From assembly GCA_965250285.1 (NCBI GenBank), contig OZ252299.1, forward strand, positions 4,672,001-4,736,000: DNA of 64,000 nt, in the 5' to 3' direction. The notes beneath the pieces are model-generated. The model was not told where the DNA came from. It was given only the letters and a program-made list of their open reading frames with translations, and did not search any database. The DNA comes from Myxococcota bacterium (GTDB lineage Bacteria; Myxococcota_A; UBA9160; UBA4427). The translations under genes were made by a program, and so were the position numbers. This document shows positions 20,637-30,165 of this stretch, piece after piece. How positions within the stretch are numbered: position 1 is the first letter of the stretch; each line of letters begins with the position of its first letter.

Positions 20637-22858
20637 GCCGACGCCGCCTCGATCTCGACCGGGATCCCGTTCAGGACCGATGTGCCCGAGAGCCGATCGA
20701 CGACCTCCTCGTCGGTCAGAAGGTTCGTGTTCACCCCGGCATGCTTCGCCGCGACGCGAAGACGCGCCCCCTCGACATCGTGGCCGAAGCCGTGCGGCAG
20801 GCTCACGACGCCTCGCATCAGGGCGTCGGTCGCTTCGACCGGCACGACGAGCTCGCCCACCCTCGACCGCACCCGAGCCCGGGCCTCGGCACCGTCGAGA
20901 CCGAGGGCCTTGGCGTCATCGGGGTGGATCTGCAGCGTGCAGCGATCGCGACCGCGGACGAGCCGCTCGACGTTGTGCATCCACGAGTTGTTCGAACGCA
21001 GATGCCGACGACCGATCAATACGTACTCGGGTGACGCCGCGCCCGATTCGGCTTCGAGCCGTTCGAGCTCTTCGGCGATCGGCGGCGGCATCAGCTCGAT
21101 CCGGCCCGACGGCGTGCGCAGCACACCGGGCAGCTGGGGCTCGAGCGCACCGAGATCGATGCCGTGCGGCGACGACTCGAGCTCGGCCAGCGACAGTCGA
21201 TCGCCGTAGGGCCCGCCGCGCACCATCGCGTCGATGATGCGTTCGGGCCCGGGCCGATCCGCCGACTCGGCGAGGAGCGCCGCAGCATCGTGACCCGCGA
21301 CGGGCGAAGCGTCGTTCGCCACCGACGCCTGCATCGCGCCGCCGGCCATCATGTCGTCGAGCCCCTTCGGATCAGCATCGACCGGCTGCCCCTGGGCGAT
21401 CAGTGCGAGCCGGCCGAGCACCTCCGACTCTTGCGGTTGATCTGTCTCGAAGACCGGCGGTGAGTAGCGCGCGACGTTCCGCACCGAGAGGCCGTAGAAC
21501 GCGAGGTCGTAGTGGCTGCGTTCGAGCGGCGTCGGCACCGGCAGATGAATGTCGGCATGGCAGGTGGTCTCGTTGCGATAGGGATCGACGCTGATCATGA
21601 GGTCGAGCTTCGAGAGGGCCTTGGCCAGGCGATCGCCGTTCGGCGTCGAGAGCACCGGGTTGCCGGCGATGGTCACGAGCGCGCGCACCTGGCCTTCGCC
21701 GGGCGTATCGATCTCTTCGGCGAGGACCGAGACCGGCATCTCGCCCATGACTTCGGGTGCACCGCGTACACGGCTCTGCCAGCGGCCCGTCACGAAGCCC
21801 TTGCCCCCCGCACGCCCATCCGACGCGCGCGCGTGTGCAGCGCGCGGCCACATCAGACCACCCGGCGCATCGAGGTGACCGGCGAGGAGCGTGACGATGT
21901 CGGTGGCCCACGACGTGAGCGCGCCGTAGCGGACGGTGTTCGTTCCGATTCGGCCATACACGACGGCGCGCTCGGCCTCGGCCAGCGACCGCGCGAGATC
22001 ACGAATCGTCGCGGCCGAGATGCCCGTGGCTTCGGCAGCCCGCTCGGGCGTCCACGTCGAGAGCGCAGCCTCGAGCTCGGCCAGGCCTTCGACGTGGCCT
22101 TCTGCCGCACCGAGCGACGTCCGCTCCTCCTCGACCAGCACGTGCGCCATCGCGAGCAGCAGCTGGACATCGGTCCCCGGCCGAATCGCGAGATGCGTGT
22201 CGGCGATCTCGGCCGTACGCGTGCGCTTCGGATCGATCACGACGAGTCGTCCGCCCCGGGCGCGCAGCGCCTTCAAGCGACCGGGGAAGTCGGGCGCGGT
22301 GCACAGGCTGCCGTTCGACTCGAGCGGATTCGCTCCGAGCATCACGAGCAGATCAGTGCGGTCGAGATCGGGCACCGGAATGATGCCGGGGCCGCCATAG
22401 AGCAGCCCGCTCGAGACGTGCCGCGGCATCTGGTCGACCGTGCTCGCCGAGAAGACGTTCTTCGTGCCGATCGCCTTGATCAGGGGGCGCACGTACATGC
22501 CGCCGGCCATGTTGTGCACGTTCGGATTGCCGAGATAGATCGCGACCGCGTTGCGGCCATGTTCTTCGATGATCGGCCGCAGCCGCCGTTCGACCTCGGC
22601 GAAGGCCTCGTCGAAGCTCGCGTCGCGCGCCTCGCCGCCCCGGCCCAGCAGAGGCGTCTTCAGCCAGTCGGGATCCTCGTGCAGATCCTTCAGTGTGGCG
22701 CCCTTCGGGCAGACGTAGCCACGGCTGAACACGTCGTCCTCGTCGCCGCGAATGCGCGTGACGCGTCCATCTTCGACCTCGATGGCGAGGCCGCACGTCG
22801 CTTCACAGAGCGGGCAGGTGCGATAGTGGGTTCCGTCTTCACCGGGGGCGGGGGGCAT
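20633..22858 (-). CDS. Molybdopterin (bis-PGD) oxidoreductase with N-terminal [4Fe-4S]
   Basis: CPLCEATCG...CPKG and RSNNSWMHN motifs; C-terminal dinucleotide-binding domain. Confidence 0.9.
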   Translation of the reverse strand: MPPAPGEDGTHYRTCPLCEATCGLAIEVEDGRVTRIRGDEDDVFSRGYVCPKGATLKDLHEDPDWLKTPLLGRGGEARDASFDEAFAEVERRLRPIIEEHGRNAVAIYLGNPNVHNMAGGMYVRPLIKAIGTKNVFSASTVDQMPRHVSSGLLYGGPGIIPVPDLDRTDLLVMLGANPLESNGSLCTAPDFPGRLKALRARGGRLVVIDPKRTRTAEIADTHLAIRPGTDVQLLLAMAHVLVEEERTSLGAAEGHVEGLAELEAALSTWTPERAAEATGISAATIRDLARSLAEAERAVVYGRIGTNTVRYGALTSWATDIVTLLAGHLDAPGGLMWPRAAHARASDGRAGGKGFVTGRWQSRVRGAPEVMGEMPVSVLAEEIDTPGEGQVRALVTIAGNPVLSTPNGDRLAKALSKLDLMISVDPYRNETTCHADIHLPVPTPLERSHYDLAFYGLSVRNVARYSPPVFETDQPQESEVLGRLALIAQGQPVDADPKGLDDMMAGGAMQASVANDASPVAGHDAAALLAESADRPGPERIIDAMVRGGPYGDRLSLAELESSPHGIDLGALEPQLPGVLRTPSGRIELMPPPIAEELERLEAESGAASPEYVLIGRRHLRSNNSWMHNVERLVRGRDRCTLQIHPDDAKALGLDGAEARARVRSRVGELVVPVEATDALMRGVVSLPHGFGHDVEGARLRVAAKHAGVNTNLLTDEEVVDRLSGTSVLNGIPVEIEAASA

Positions 22859-22994
22859 CGGTGCGCTCCTCGAGGGCGGGCGCGCGCGGGACAGCGCGGC
22901 GTCAGGCCCCCAATCATACGCCGCCTCTCACGCGATCGGTGCGCTCCTCGAGGGCGGCCCGGCCGTTCGGCCAGGCGCAAGGATGCACCGCGTC

Positions 22995-23525
22995 TCACAC
23001 GATCGGCTCGTTCGTTGGAGGCTCGGGGCCTTCGGCCCGATTTCGGTCGGGGCGCGGGCGTCGAAGCATCTTCGGCGTGAGGCTGCCATCTTCGGCCCAG
23101 TACAGCGTCATCTCGAAGTACGTGAACGAGGCGGTCCAGGCGATCAGGACGAGCCCGACGAGCGCCTCGAGGCCTGCCAGCAGTCGGGCGTCGCCGATCG
23201 GGACGATGTCGCCATAGCCAAGCGACGTGTACGTCACGAACGAGAAGTAGCTGATGTCGGTGAAGTCGGGGTTCTCGATCGTGAGCTGCGCGACACCGGC
23301 GCGCTCGATCGCGTACCAGCCGGCCGCGAACACGTAGACCTCGATCACGTGGGCCACGAGGCCCGCGACGATGCCAATCACGACGCGCATGCGATGGGCC
23401 GACGTAGCGCGACGAATCACGGCGGTCGCGAGGCTCAGCCCCTCGTAGTGCACGCCCACGCACACGAGCGTCAGCAGCACGCCGACCAAGAACACTTCCA
23501 TGTCGCCCCAGGCCCCCGAGTCCAC
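22995..23525 (-). CDS. Potassium channel family (ion transport 2) protein
   Basis: Selectivity filter TYTSLGYGD; TM helices. Confidence 0.88.
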   Translation of the reverse strand: MDSGAWGDMEVFLVGVLLTLVCVGVHYEGLSLATAVIRRATSAHRMRVVIGIVAGLVAHVIEVYVFAAGWYAIERAGVAQLTIENPDFTDISYFSFVTYTSLGYGDIVPIGDARLLAGLEALVGLVLIAWTASFTYFEMTLYWAEDGSLTPKMLRRPRPDRNRAEGPEPPTNEPIV

Positions 23526-23554
23526 GGGGGATTATAGAGGCCGTGGGCGCGCGG

Positions 23555-23926
23555 TCAGCCGCGCCCGCCGTCGATGCTCCAGATGCCCGAGCCCCGCCCC
23601 GAGATCATCAGGAAGGCGAAGCAGTACAGCACCGCCATCTCGCCCTTGTTGACGCTCGGGAAGAGGTGATTCAAGCCGTGGGCGATCCAGTAGGCGACCG
23701 CCATGGTGCCGCTCGCGAGGAACGCGGCCCAGCTGGTCATGAAACCGACGGCGATCATCGCGCCCCCAACGAGCTCGATCACGCCCGCCGCAAGCAGCAT
23801 CGCATTGAGCTCGGGCCCGGGCGCTGGAAAGTCGAGCAGCTTCTGCGTGCCGTGAAACGCGAAGAGCAGGCCGAACACGATGCGGAACACCGCGTACGTC
23901 TCGTTCTGGAACTTGTTCATGAACAT
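23555..23926 (-). CDS. DoxX family membrane protein
   Basis: HGTQKL, ELVGG and GSGIWSID motifs. Confidence 0.9.
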   Translation of the reverse strand: MFMNKFQNETYAVFRIVFGLLFAFHGTQKLLDFPAPGPELNAMLLAAGVIELVGGAMIAVGFMTSWAAFLASGTMAVAYWIAHGLNHLFPSVNKGEMAVLYCFAFLMISGRGSGIWSIDGGRG

Positions 23927-24034
23927 GGGCGATCTCCTGGCGCTCACCGTCGCAGCGAGGCGCGGTCGAAGCGTGCCGCTTGGATGCGCGGGTCGGTGGT
24001 GCGTTTCGGAGAGCGTCGCAAGCCGAAGCGGCCG

Positions 24035-24607
24035 CTACCAGCCCTGGGTCCCCGGTGCGCCCTTGAACGGACCGGCGAGATCGGGGGTGATCCACCCCCC
24101 ATAGAAGCCACCGGCCTGAGGCTGAACCTCGTCGTCGCCAAGTCGACACTGCACGCGGCCCGGGTAGAACGAGATCATGCCGGCGAGCGATACGAACTCG
24201 GCGAGCGGTTCGGGCAGGCGCCACGCAACCGCACCGGTCGAGGGCCGAGAGACGAGCCCCAGGTACTCGGCCCGCCCCTTCCACTCACAGAAGCTCTCGC
24301 CGCGCATCGGACACAGCCGATCCAGGGCCACGTCCTCGGCGGGCACGTAGACGGTCGGTGGACTCGCAGTCTCGAGCACGCGCAACGCGCGGTCGGATCG
24401 TGCGAGCTCGTCGTCGCCGTTGCGCACCCACACGTGACGCTTCTCGGGCTCGACGCGCGGTGGGCGTGGAAAGTCCCAGACGGAGATCTGCCCGGGCCCG
24501 GGTATCTCGGCGAAGTCGGGCCGCCGATCGCCGCGGTGGAGCCAGGCGGCGCGCCGCGCGTCTAGTTCGCGCCGCTCACGTTTGCTCAAGTCGTCGTTTG
24601 CACTCAT
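24035..24607 (-). CDS. DUF427 family protein
   Basis: VLETASPPTVY, CEWKG and GGFYGGWIT motifs. Confidence 0.88.
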   Translation of the reverse strand: MSANDDLSKRERRELDARRAAWLHRGDRRPDFAEIPGPGQISVWDFPRPPRVEPEKRHVWVRNGDDELARSDRALRVLETASPPTVYVPAEDVALDRLCPMRGESFCEWKGRAEYLGLVSRPSTGAVAWRLPEPLAEFVSLAGMISFYPGRVQCRLGDDEVQPQAGGFYGGWITPDLAGPFKGAPGTQGW

Positions 24608-24642
24608 TGCGTCGATGCCTCGGCGCACGATCGGCGTGCCCG

Positions 24643-25035
24643 CTACTGGGCGAGCCAGAACGTGCGGTTCTCTTCGGACTGCACGGGCATCGCCCGCCCG
24701 GCGACGACGCGTCCATGATCGATGTCGAGCTGCAGCAGCACATCGGTCGCGAGGAGCCGAGGCCCCCGCGACGCCTCGAGGCGATAGAAGAGAACGGCTC
24801 CCTGATCGCTTGCGTACACATCGAGCAGTTCGGAGCAGAGGTCGTCGACGAGTTCGCCACTGCGCGCAAGCGAAGAGATCACCTCGTCGACCCCCTTCGC
24901 CTCACCACCGAGCGACCCCGAGTGCAGGGACGACCAGGTGACGAGTGGATCGAGCAGCTGCTCGAGACGATCGACATCGCTCTCCGACGTCGCTCGCCAA
25001 AGCGAGAGTGCAAGCTCGAGGTGGGGATGCTGCAT
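24643..25035 (-). CDS. NTF2/SnoaL-like protein
   Basis: Size and pattern typical of SnoaL-like proteins (GGEAKGVDEV, C-terminal FW). Confidence 0.65.
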   Translation of the reverse strand: MQHPHLELALSLWRATSESDVDRLEQLLDPLVTWSSLHSGSLGGEAKGVDEVISSLARSGELVDDLCSELLDVYASDQGAVLFYRLEASRGPRLLATDVLLQLDIDHGRVVAGRAMPVQSEENRTFWLAQ

Positions 25036-25416
25036 GGTGCACCTCCTCGACGCATCGAGGAGCACGATCGACGGATGTGGCTCGCCGCCATCGATCAGAC
25101 CCCGCGATTGCCGTCGTCACACGCGAACAACGCGACGCCAGGGGGCTCGACACATCGAGCCAGGAGCGTCGCTTCGGACGCGTCACCGCACCCTAACACG
25201 ACGCATGCGTGCGTGGCTCGGACAATCGGCATACCCATTCGAAGCTGACATGGGCAACACCGGGCGCACGCCTGGCCAAGCGATTCGTCGCTGAAACCCC
25301 CACACCGCAGATGGGTGGGCAACGGCACCAGGTGGCCTGCAGTGGCGCACACGCGACGCGGGCCGGTGTCGGCCGCTATGCCTCCAAAATTCAGGTGAAT
25401 CAAGGAGGTGCGAGGT

Positions 25417-25737
25417 TCAACGCTTCGCCAGCTGCACCCCTGTGCCGATGATCGTTGCGAGCGGCACCATCTCGGTGGCCGGTGTTCCGGCATAGACCGC
25501 GCCGGCGAGGCCGGCGAGCCAGGCGCCGCGGCCCCGCATGCCGGCCTCACGCGCGGCCCAGTAGGCGGCGAGGCCCCCCAGAACGAAGCCCCCATAGAGC
25601 CCGATCGGCCCGAGGGTCGCGAAGTCGACGGCATCGACGATCATGCCGAGCAGCACGGGCGGGATCGGACGCCCGCGCTTCGGCGGGTCGCTCTCGGTCA
25701 GAACGGGGCCGTCTTCATCGGATCGCGCGCGCGTCAC
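25417..25737 (-). CDS. Small membrane protein
   Basis: Hydrophobic segments; PATEMVPLATI. Confidence 0.55.
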   Translation of the reverse strand: MTRARSDEDGPVLTESDPPKRGRPIPPVLLGMIVDAVDFATLGPIGLYGGFVLGGLAAYWAAREAGMRGRGAWLAGLAGAVYAGTPATEMVPLATIIGTGVQLAKR

Positions 25738-25740
25738 GGG

Positions 25741-26352
25741 TCAGGTGCGTCGGCGGCGCTTCGCCGCCGCCCTGCGCGCCGAATGGCCCGCCGCGCTCCG
25801 CTTCGCCTTCTTCTTGGCGGCGCGCTTCGCCGACTTCTTCTTCGCGGCGCGCTTGTGTGCCTTCTTGCTCGACCGTTTCGGGGTCTTCTTCGGCGCCTGC
25901 TTCTTGCCGGCCTTCTTCGTTGCGGCCCGCTTCTTCGGCGCCCTCTTCTTCGCCGCACTCTTCTTCGGCGCCCTCTTCTTCGCCGCTTGCTTCTCGGCGG
26001 GCCGCTTCCGAGCTGCCTTCTCTGGTTTCGGGGGCAGGCTCGCCGCGTGCCGCAGGCCGAGCTCGAGCCATGCGAGCAGATCTTCGTCCTCGGCGATGCC
26101 TTCCTCGCCGACGTAGACGAAGCCCGTGAGCGAGCGACCGGTGAAAACCATCTCGCGCGCGTGGGGGCGCTCGAGCGCGTCGGCGTAGGCTTCGGCGCCG
26201 ACACGAACCATCAGCTCGTGGCCGACGACGCCAAACACCATGTGACGGCGCCAAAGGAAACAGAGGCCCCCGAACATGCGCTTCTCGGCGATGCCCGGGT
26301 GGTCTTCGAGCTGCTCACGAATGCGGTGCGCCAGGCCTTCGTCGTACGCCAT
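25741..26352 (-). CDS. TfoX/Sxy N-terminal domain protein with histone-H1-like Lys/Ala tail
   Basis: MAYDEGLA, EKRMFGGL and LPPK motifs, followed by AAKK repeats. Confidence 0.88.
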   Translation of the reverse strand: MAYDEGLAHRIREQLEDHPGIAEKRMFGGLCFLWRRHMVFGVVGHELMVRVGAEAYADALERPHAREMVFTGRSLTGFVYVGEEGIAEDEDLLAWLELGLRHAASLPPKPEKAARKRPAEKQAAKKRAPKKSAAKKRAPKKRAATKKAGKKQAPKKTPKRSSKKAHKRAAKKKSAKRAAKKKAKRSAAGHSARRAAAKRRRRT

Positions 26353-26399
26353 GCGCCCTCCCGCCCGAAGCCTTCACGCAGCGGGCGAAGCGCCGAGCG

Positions 26400-26945
26400 T
26401 CAATGCCGATAGCCGCTCGGGTCGTCTTCGGTCTCGTCGAAGACACCGAACTCGGTCGGGTCGCCCGACGGCTCAGCCGGTCGCGGGCCATACGTCTCGC
26501 TCAGGTACTTCGACTTCTGCACCTGAAGACGATCGAGGAACGTCGCCAGCGTCGTGGTGCGCGCGTCTTCTCGGAAGACGATGCGCTTGCCCTCGCACGG
26601 GAAGACGATGAAGTGTCCGCTGCGTGCGCGCAGGCCGAAGAGCGAGAAGATCAGAGCGGCCGCAGCCAGCACCATCGGCGCAGCGGGCACCGCGGCGTCG
26701 GGCTGCGCGAGCGGCTGCAGCGCCAGGAGCAGCGCCGCGAAGCCCGCCGTGACGGCGACGGTCCACGACCGCGAGATGCGCGTCTCGCGGATCGGGTCGT
26801 CGGGGATCGACTCGAACGGGACACGCGTGGAGCTGCGCGTCAGCAGCGATCGCTGTTCGTAGATCAGACCGTCGTCGAGAAGCTCGCAGGCGGCCCGCCA
26901 ATGCAGCCGCTTCTGGACGATCCGATCGCGTTCCAGGTCACTCAT
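26400..26945 (-). CDS. Hypothetical membrane protein
   Basis: Two TM segments; coding-like codon bias. Confidence 0.6.
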   Translation of the reverse strand: MSDLERDRIVQKRLHWRAACELLDDGLIYEQRSLLTRSSTRVPFESIPDDPIRETRISRSWTVAVTAGFAALLLALQPLAQPDAAVPAAPMVLAAAALIFSLFGLRARSGHFIVFPCEGKRIVFREDARTTTLATFLDRLQVQKSKYLSETYGPRPAEPSGDPTEFGVFDETEDDPSGYRH

Positions 26946-27252
26946 CGACGCGCGTCTCTGCCCCTCGTGAAGTGGACCGTTCCGGCCTGATTTCGGCCTC
27001 GGTCGACGAAGGGCAAGCTATCACAGACGGCTCGGCGCGTCGCTCGTCGGGCCCGCAGGGCAGAGTCACGGGCCGCTCGCGCCGCGCGAACGCTGCGACG
27101 GTCTGGCGCGCGGCCCGCAGGGCGCCGCGACCGGCAAGTGCCGTGCGAATCGGACGGCAACGACACAATCTCCATGTGAGAATGACCCAGATGCCCACCG
27201 ACGACGCGCATCAGGGTGGCCGGCCGGGCCGTAGCCTTCGAGGGAGCACGGC

Positions 27253-27600
27253 ATGAAGCGAGACGACTCGTCACCGGATGCCTATCGAGCGTCGGTCGAC
27301 GGCAAACAGCGCAAGGTGCTCGAAGCCGTCCGCAATGTGGTGCGCGCCGCCGCACCGGCGATCGAAGAGGGCATCCGCTACGGCATGCTCGACTATCCCG
27401 GCCTCGCGAACCTCGCCGCGCAGAAGCAATACGTGAGCCTGTACGTGGCGCCCGCCGTGCTCGCGCGCCACGCCGCCGACTTCAAGGGCATCGATCACGG
27501 CAAGAGCTGTCTACGCTTCAAGCGAATCGATCAGGTCGATGAAGCCGCGCTGCGTTCGCTGCTCGACGACGTGCTCGCCGAGCGTGCTGGCAGTGACTGA
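27253..27600 (+). CDS. DUF1801 (YdhG-like) protein
   Basis: AAQKQYVSLY and GKSCLRFK motifs. Confidence 0.85.
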   Translation: MKRDDSSPDAYRASVDGKQRKVLEAVRNVVRAAAPAIEEGIRYGMLDYPGLANLAAQKQYVSLYVAPAVLARHAADFKGIDHGKSCLRFKRIDQVDEAALRSLLDDVLAERAGSD

Positions 27601-28220
27601 TCGACCGCGAAGCGTTCGACCTCGGCCCGCGTGCGCAGCACGACGAGGTCGAGCGGCGCGAACGCGCGCGACTGCGCAAGCGCCGGAATGCGCCGCCGGT
27701 TGCGCGCCCAGGTGCGCACCACCCAGTATGGAATCCACTCGGCGTCGAGGAACCCGAGCCACGGTTCTCGGTTGTCGCCACAAACGGGCTCGCGCAACAA
27801 GGTGCGCCGAGCCGTCCGCCGGGTCGCACGCGAAAACGTGAGCACAAACGACAGGTCGAGCCAGACCAACGTCGTCGCGCGTCGCCAGACGATGTCGCGA
27901 ACGGCCGAATAGTTGCCGGCACACACCCAGCGTGCCGGCTCGAGAGCGACGTCGACCTTGCGACGAAAGGCATCGGTCGAATCGGTCGACCAGCCCGGCC
28001 CCCAGTGCAGCTCGTCGAGCTCGACGCGGGGGCATTCGAGCGACGTCGCGAGTCGGCCAGCGAGCGTCGACTTGCCCGAGCAGCTCGTGCCGACGACGGC
28101 GATGCGAGCGAGGTCGGGCCTCGGCGCGGTGCCTGCGGTGTGCGCTCTCGCCATCGAGATCCCCTCGCGGGCTTCGCGTGGACCGCCGTCGGTGCGCGCG
28201 GCGGCGCGATCACGGCTCAT
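27531..28220 (-). CDS. P-loop nucleotide kinase (FlaR/adenylate-kinase-like)
   Basis: GTSCSGKST, LDELHW and GNYS motifs; start may be 28154. Confidence 0.8.
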   Translation of the reverse strand: MSRDRAAARTDGGPREAREGISMARAHTAGTAPRPDLARIAVVGTSCSGKSTLAGRLATSLECPRVELDELHWGPGWSTDSTDAFRRKVDVALEPARWVCAGNYSAVRDIVWRRATTLVWLDLSFVLTFSRATRRTARRTLLREPVCGDNREPWLGFLDAEWIPYWVVRTWARNRRRIPALAQSRAFAPLDLVVLRTRAEVERFAVDQSLPARSASTSSSSERSAASST

Positions 28221-28404
28221 GCGCGCGTGTCGCTCTCGCAGCCGCTCCCTGCGCGGTCGCCCGTGTCGCTGTCGCAGCCGCTACCGGCGCGTGCGCTCGT
28301 GCAGCTGGCGCAAGCGCTTCTTCACCGGCGCGTGCGCTCGTGCAGCTGGCGCAGGCGCCTCTTCACCGGCGCGTCCGCTCGTGCAGCTGTCGCAGCCGCT
28401 TCTT
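28221..28404 (-). repeat. 41-bp tandem copies x3 (plus 2 degenerate) of the MOSC gene 3' end
   Basis: Stops at 28363, 28322 and 28281, each ending RLRQLHERTRR. Confidence 0.92.
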
Positions 28405-29028
28405 CCACTCGTCCGACAGCTCGGGCACCGCTTCGAGCTCGGCGACCAGGGCCGCGTCGCGGGCGTCGCGGAGCATCGCGCGCGAGAGCGCCTGCATCGA
28501 CCACGTCTCGTTCGTTCGAAGCTCGAGCTGCCACGCATCGCCGGCCGCGATCTCGCCCGGTTCGAGCACGCGCAGGTAGTACCCGGTGCGAAGCTCCTCG
28601 ATCATCCACTTCAGCAGCTTCGGCAGGCCCGCATTGCGGCCGGGATACCCGCAGCGCTCGGTCGGCATGGTGATCTGCAGCTTCGCGCCGCCGACGCGGA
28701 TCACGTCGCCGACGTGCGCGAGCTCGTCGGGGAAGCCGCGCAGGGTCAGGTTCTCCCCAGCGACGGGTGTGTCGATCGGGCGACCGGCGCGGGCCTCGAA
28801 TGCGTCGTAGTGCTCGCGGGCGAAGACGTGCACGGCCCGGTCCGGGCCGCCGTGGGCGGGGTCGTGCTGCTCGTCGCCGACGAAGCCGAGGGGCTCGACC
28901 CGAACCGGGCCCGACTGCGCGCGCTTGCGAATCGCGCTCGTGCGCTCTTCGCCGTCGGGCAACGTGAACGTCTCGACGCGTGCGACGTGCAGCGCCTCCA
29001 CCCGTGCACCGGGCTCGGGGCGGGGCAC
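28363..29028 (-). CDS. MOSC domain protein with 3-alpha domain (YiiM-like)
   Basis: GDEQHDPAHGGPDRA, GENL and TGYYLRVLEPG motifs. Confidence 0.88.
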   Translation of the reverse strand: MPRPEPGARVEALHVARVETFTLPDGEERTSAIRKRAQSGPVRVEPLGFVGDEQHDPAHGGPDRAVHVFAREHYDAFEARAGRPIDTPVAGENLTLRGFPDELAHVGDVIRVGGAKLQITMPTERCGYPGRNAGLPKLLKWMIEELRTGYYLRVLEPGEIAAGDAWQLELRTNETWSMQALSRAMLRDARDAALVAELEAVPELSDEWKKRLRQLHERTRR

Positions 29029-29033
29029 GACGA

Positions 29034-29312
29034 CTAGATCCCGAGGTTGCTGAGCGCGTCGATCACCCGGCCCACCGCGTGGGTGAGCACCGGATGAGCC
29101 TCTTCGAAATCGTCGGTGGCCTCACGCAGCTGCTCGGCGAGGGTCTCGTGGTCGGGCTCGTCGTCGACGCCCTCTTCGCGATCGAGCAGGCGCGCCACCT
29201 GGCCGAGCAGCGCTTCGAGGCTCGCGCGCTCTTCGTCGCCGAGATGGTCGGCGCCCGTGAGCTGCTCTTGAAGGTGGTCGACGCTCTCTTTGAGTCGGGT
29301 CAGGGGGGCCAT
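29034..29312 (-). CDS. DUF4404 family protein
   Basis: C-terminal FEEAHP...LSNLGI. Confidence 0.85.
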   Translation of the reverse strand: MAPLTRLKESVDHLQEQLTGADHLGDEERASLEALLGQVARLLDREEGVDDEPDHETLAEQLREATDDFEEAHPVLTHAVGRVIDALSNLGI

Positions 29313-29365
29313 GGCCGGAACCTATCACAGGGCGCCTCGGCCCGGCCTGCGGCCAGGCCGCGCCG

Positions 29366-29929
29366 TCACACGACCTCGAGCGGCACGTGTGCCCCCGGTG
29401 CGGCCTCGACGGCGATCGCGTCGCCGGGGGCCACGCGCCCGCCCACGTGGACGACGCACATGATGCCGGCCCTTCGCTCGAGCCCCCCGGCGTCGTCTTC
29501 GACCCGCGTCGCGGCCATCAGCCCGGGCTGCAAGCCGTTCAGCTGTCCGCACGGATTGCGCAGACCCGTCACCTCGAGATCGACGGTCTCGCCGATGAGC
29601 AGGCGGGTGCCGCGCCCGAGTCCGAGCAGATCGAGGCCCCGTGTCGTCAGGTTCTCGCCCATCTCACCCGGCGCGAGCTCGAACCCGTGATCGCGCCGCA
29701 GCTCGTCGAAGAGCTCGGCATGGATCAGATGCACCTGGCGAAGGTTCGGCTGGGTCGGGTCGGCCGCAACGCGGCTTCGGTGCTTCACGGTGGTGCCGCG
29801 GTGGGCATCGCCCACGACGCCCTCGCCCGCGACCAGCTCGATCTCGGTCTGGAGCGGCTTCGACATCGTGTGGGCCGCGCTGCACGCGACGGCGATGACG
29901 CGCGGCAGATCGGATCGGGTCGCGGGCAT
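29366..29929 (-). CDS. MOSC domain protein
   Basis: GDAH, NLRQVHL, GENL and RNPC motifs. Confidence 0.9.
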   Translation of the reverse strand: MPATRSDLPRVIAVACSAAHTMSKPLQTEIELVAGEGVVGDAHRGTTVKHRSRVAADPTQPNLRQVHLIHAELFDELRRDHGFELAPGEMGENLTTRGLDLLGLGRGTRLLIGETVDLEVTGLRNPCGQLNGLQPGLMAATRVEDDAGGLERRAGIMCVVHVGGRVAPGDAIAVEAAPGAHVPLEVV

Positions 29930-30165
29930 GTCGACCAGATGCCACGCCGCCCGCGAGGATTCGGGCCGCGCTCGACCAAACGCCGCCCGCGAGGGTTGGG
30001 GCCGCGCTCGATCAGACGCCGCCCGCGAGGGTTGGGGCCGCGCTCGATCAGACGCCGCCCGCGAGGGTTGGGGCCGCGCTCGATCAGACGCCGCCCGCGA
30101 GGATTAGGGCCCTCTTCGACCCGACGCCGCCTGCGAGGGTCTGGCCCGCGCTCGATCAGCCGCCG
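29930..30165. repeat. 36-bp tandem repeat x6 starting at a stop codon
   Basis: cgccgcc(c/t)gcgagg at 29945, 29981, 30017, 30053, 30089 and 30125. Confidence 0.92.

Noticed and set aside
25095..25416. Possible ORFs or RNA in the intergenic gap
   Set aside because: No convincing coding bias or structure.
27531..27600. 70-bp convergent overlap of the DUF1801 and kinase genes
   Set aside because: Likely simple C-terminal run-on in high-GC DNA.
15504..30165. 36-42-bp repeat arrays as CRISPR
   Set aside because: Units are directly tandem with no unique spacers, and there are no cas genes.
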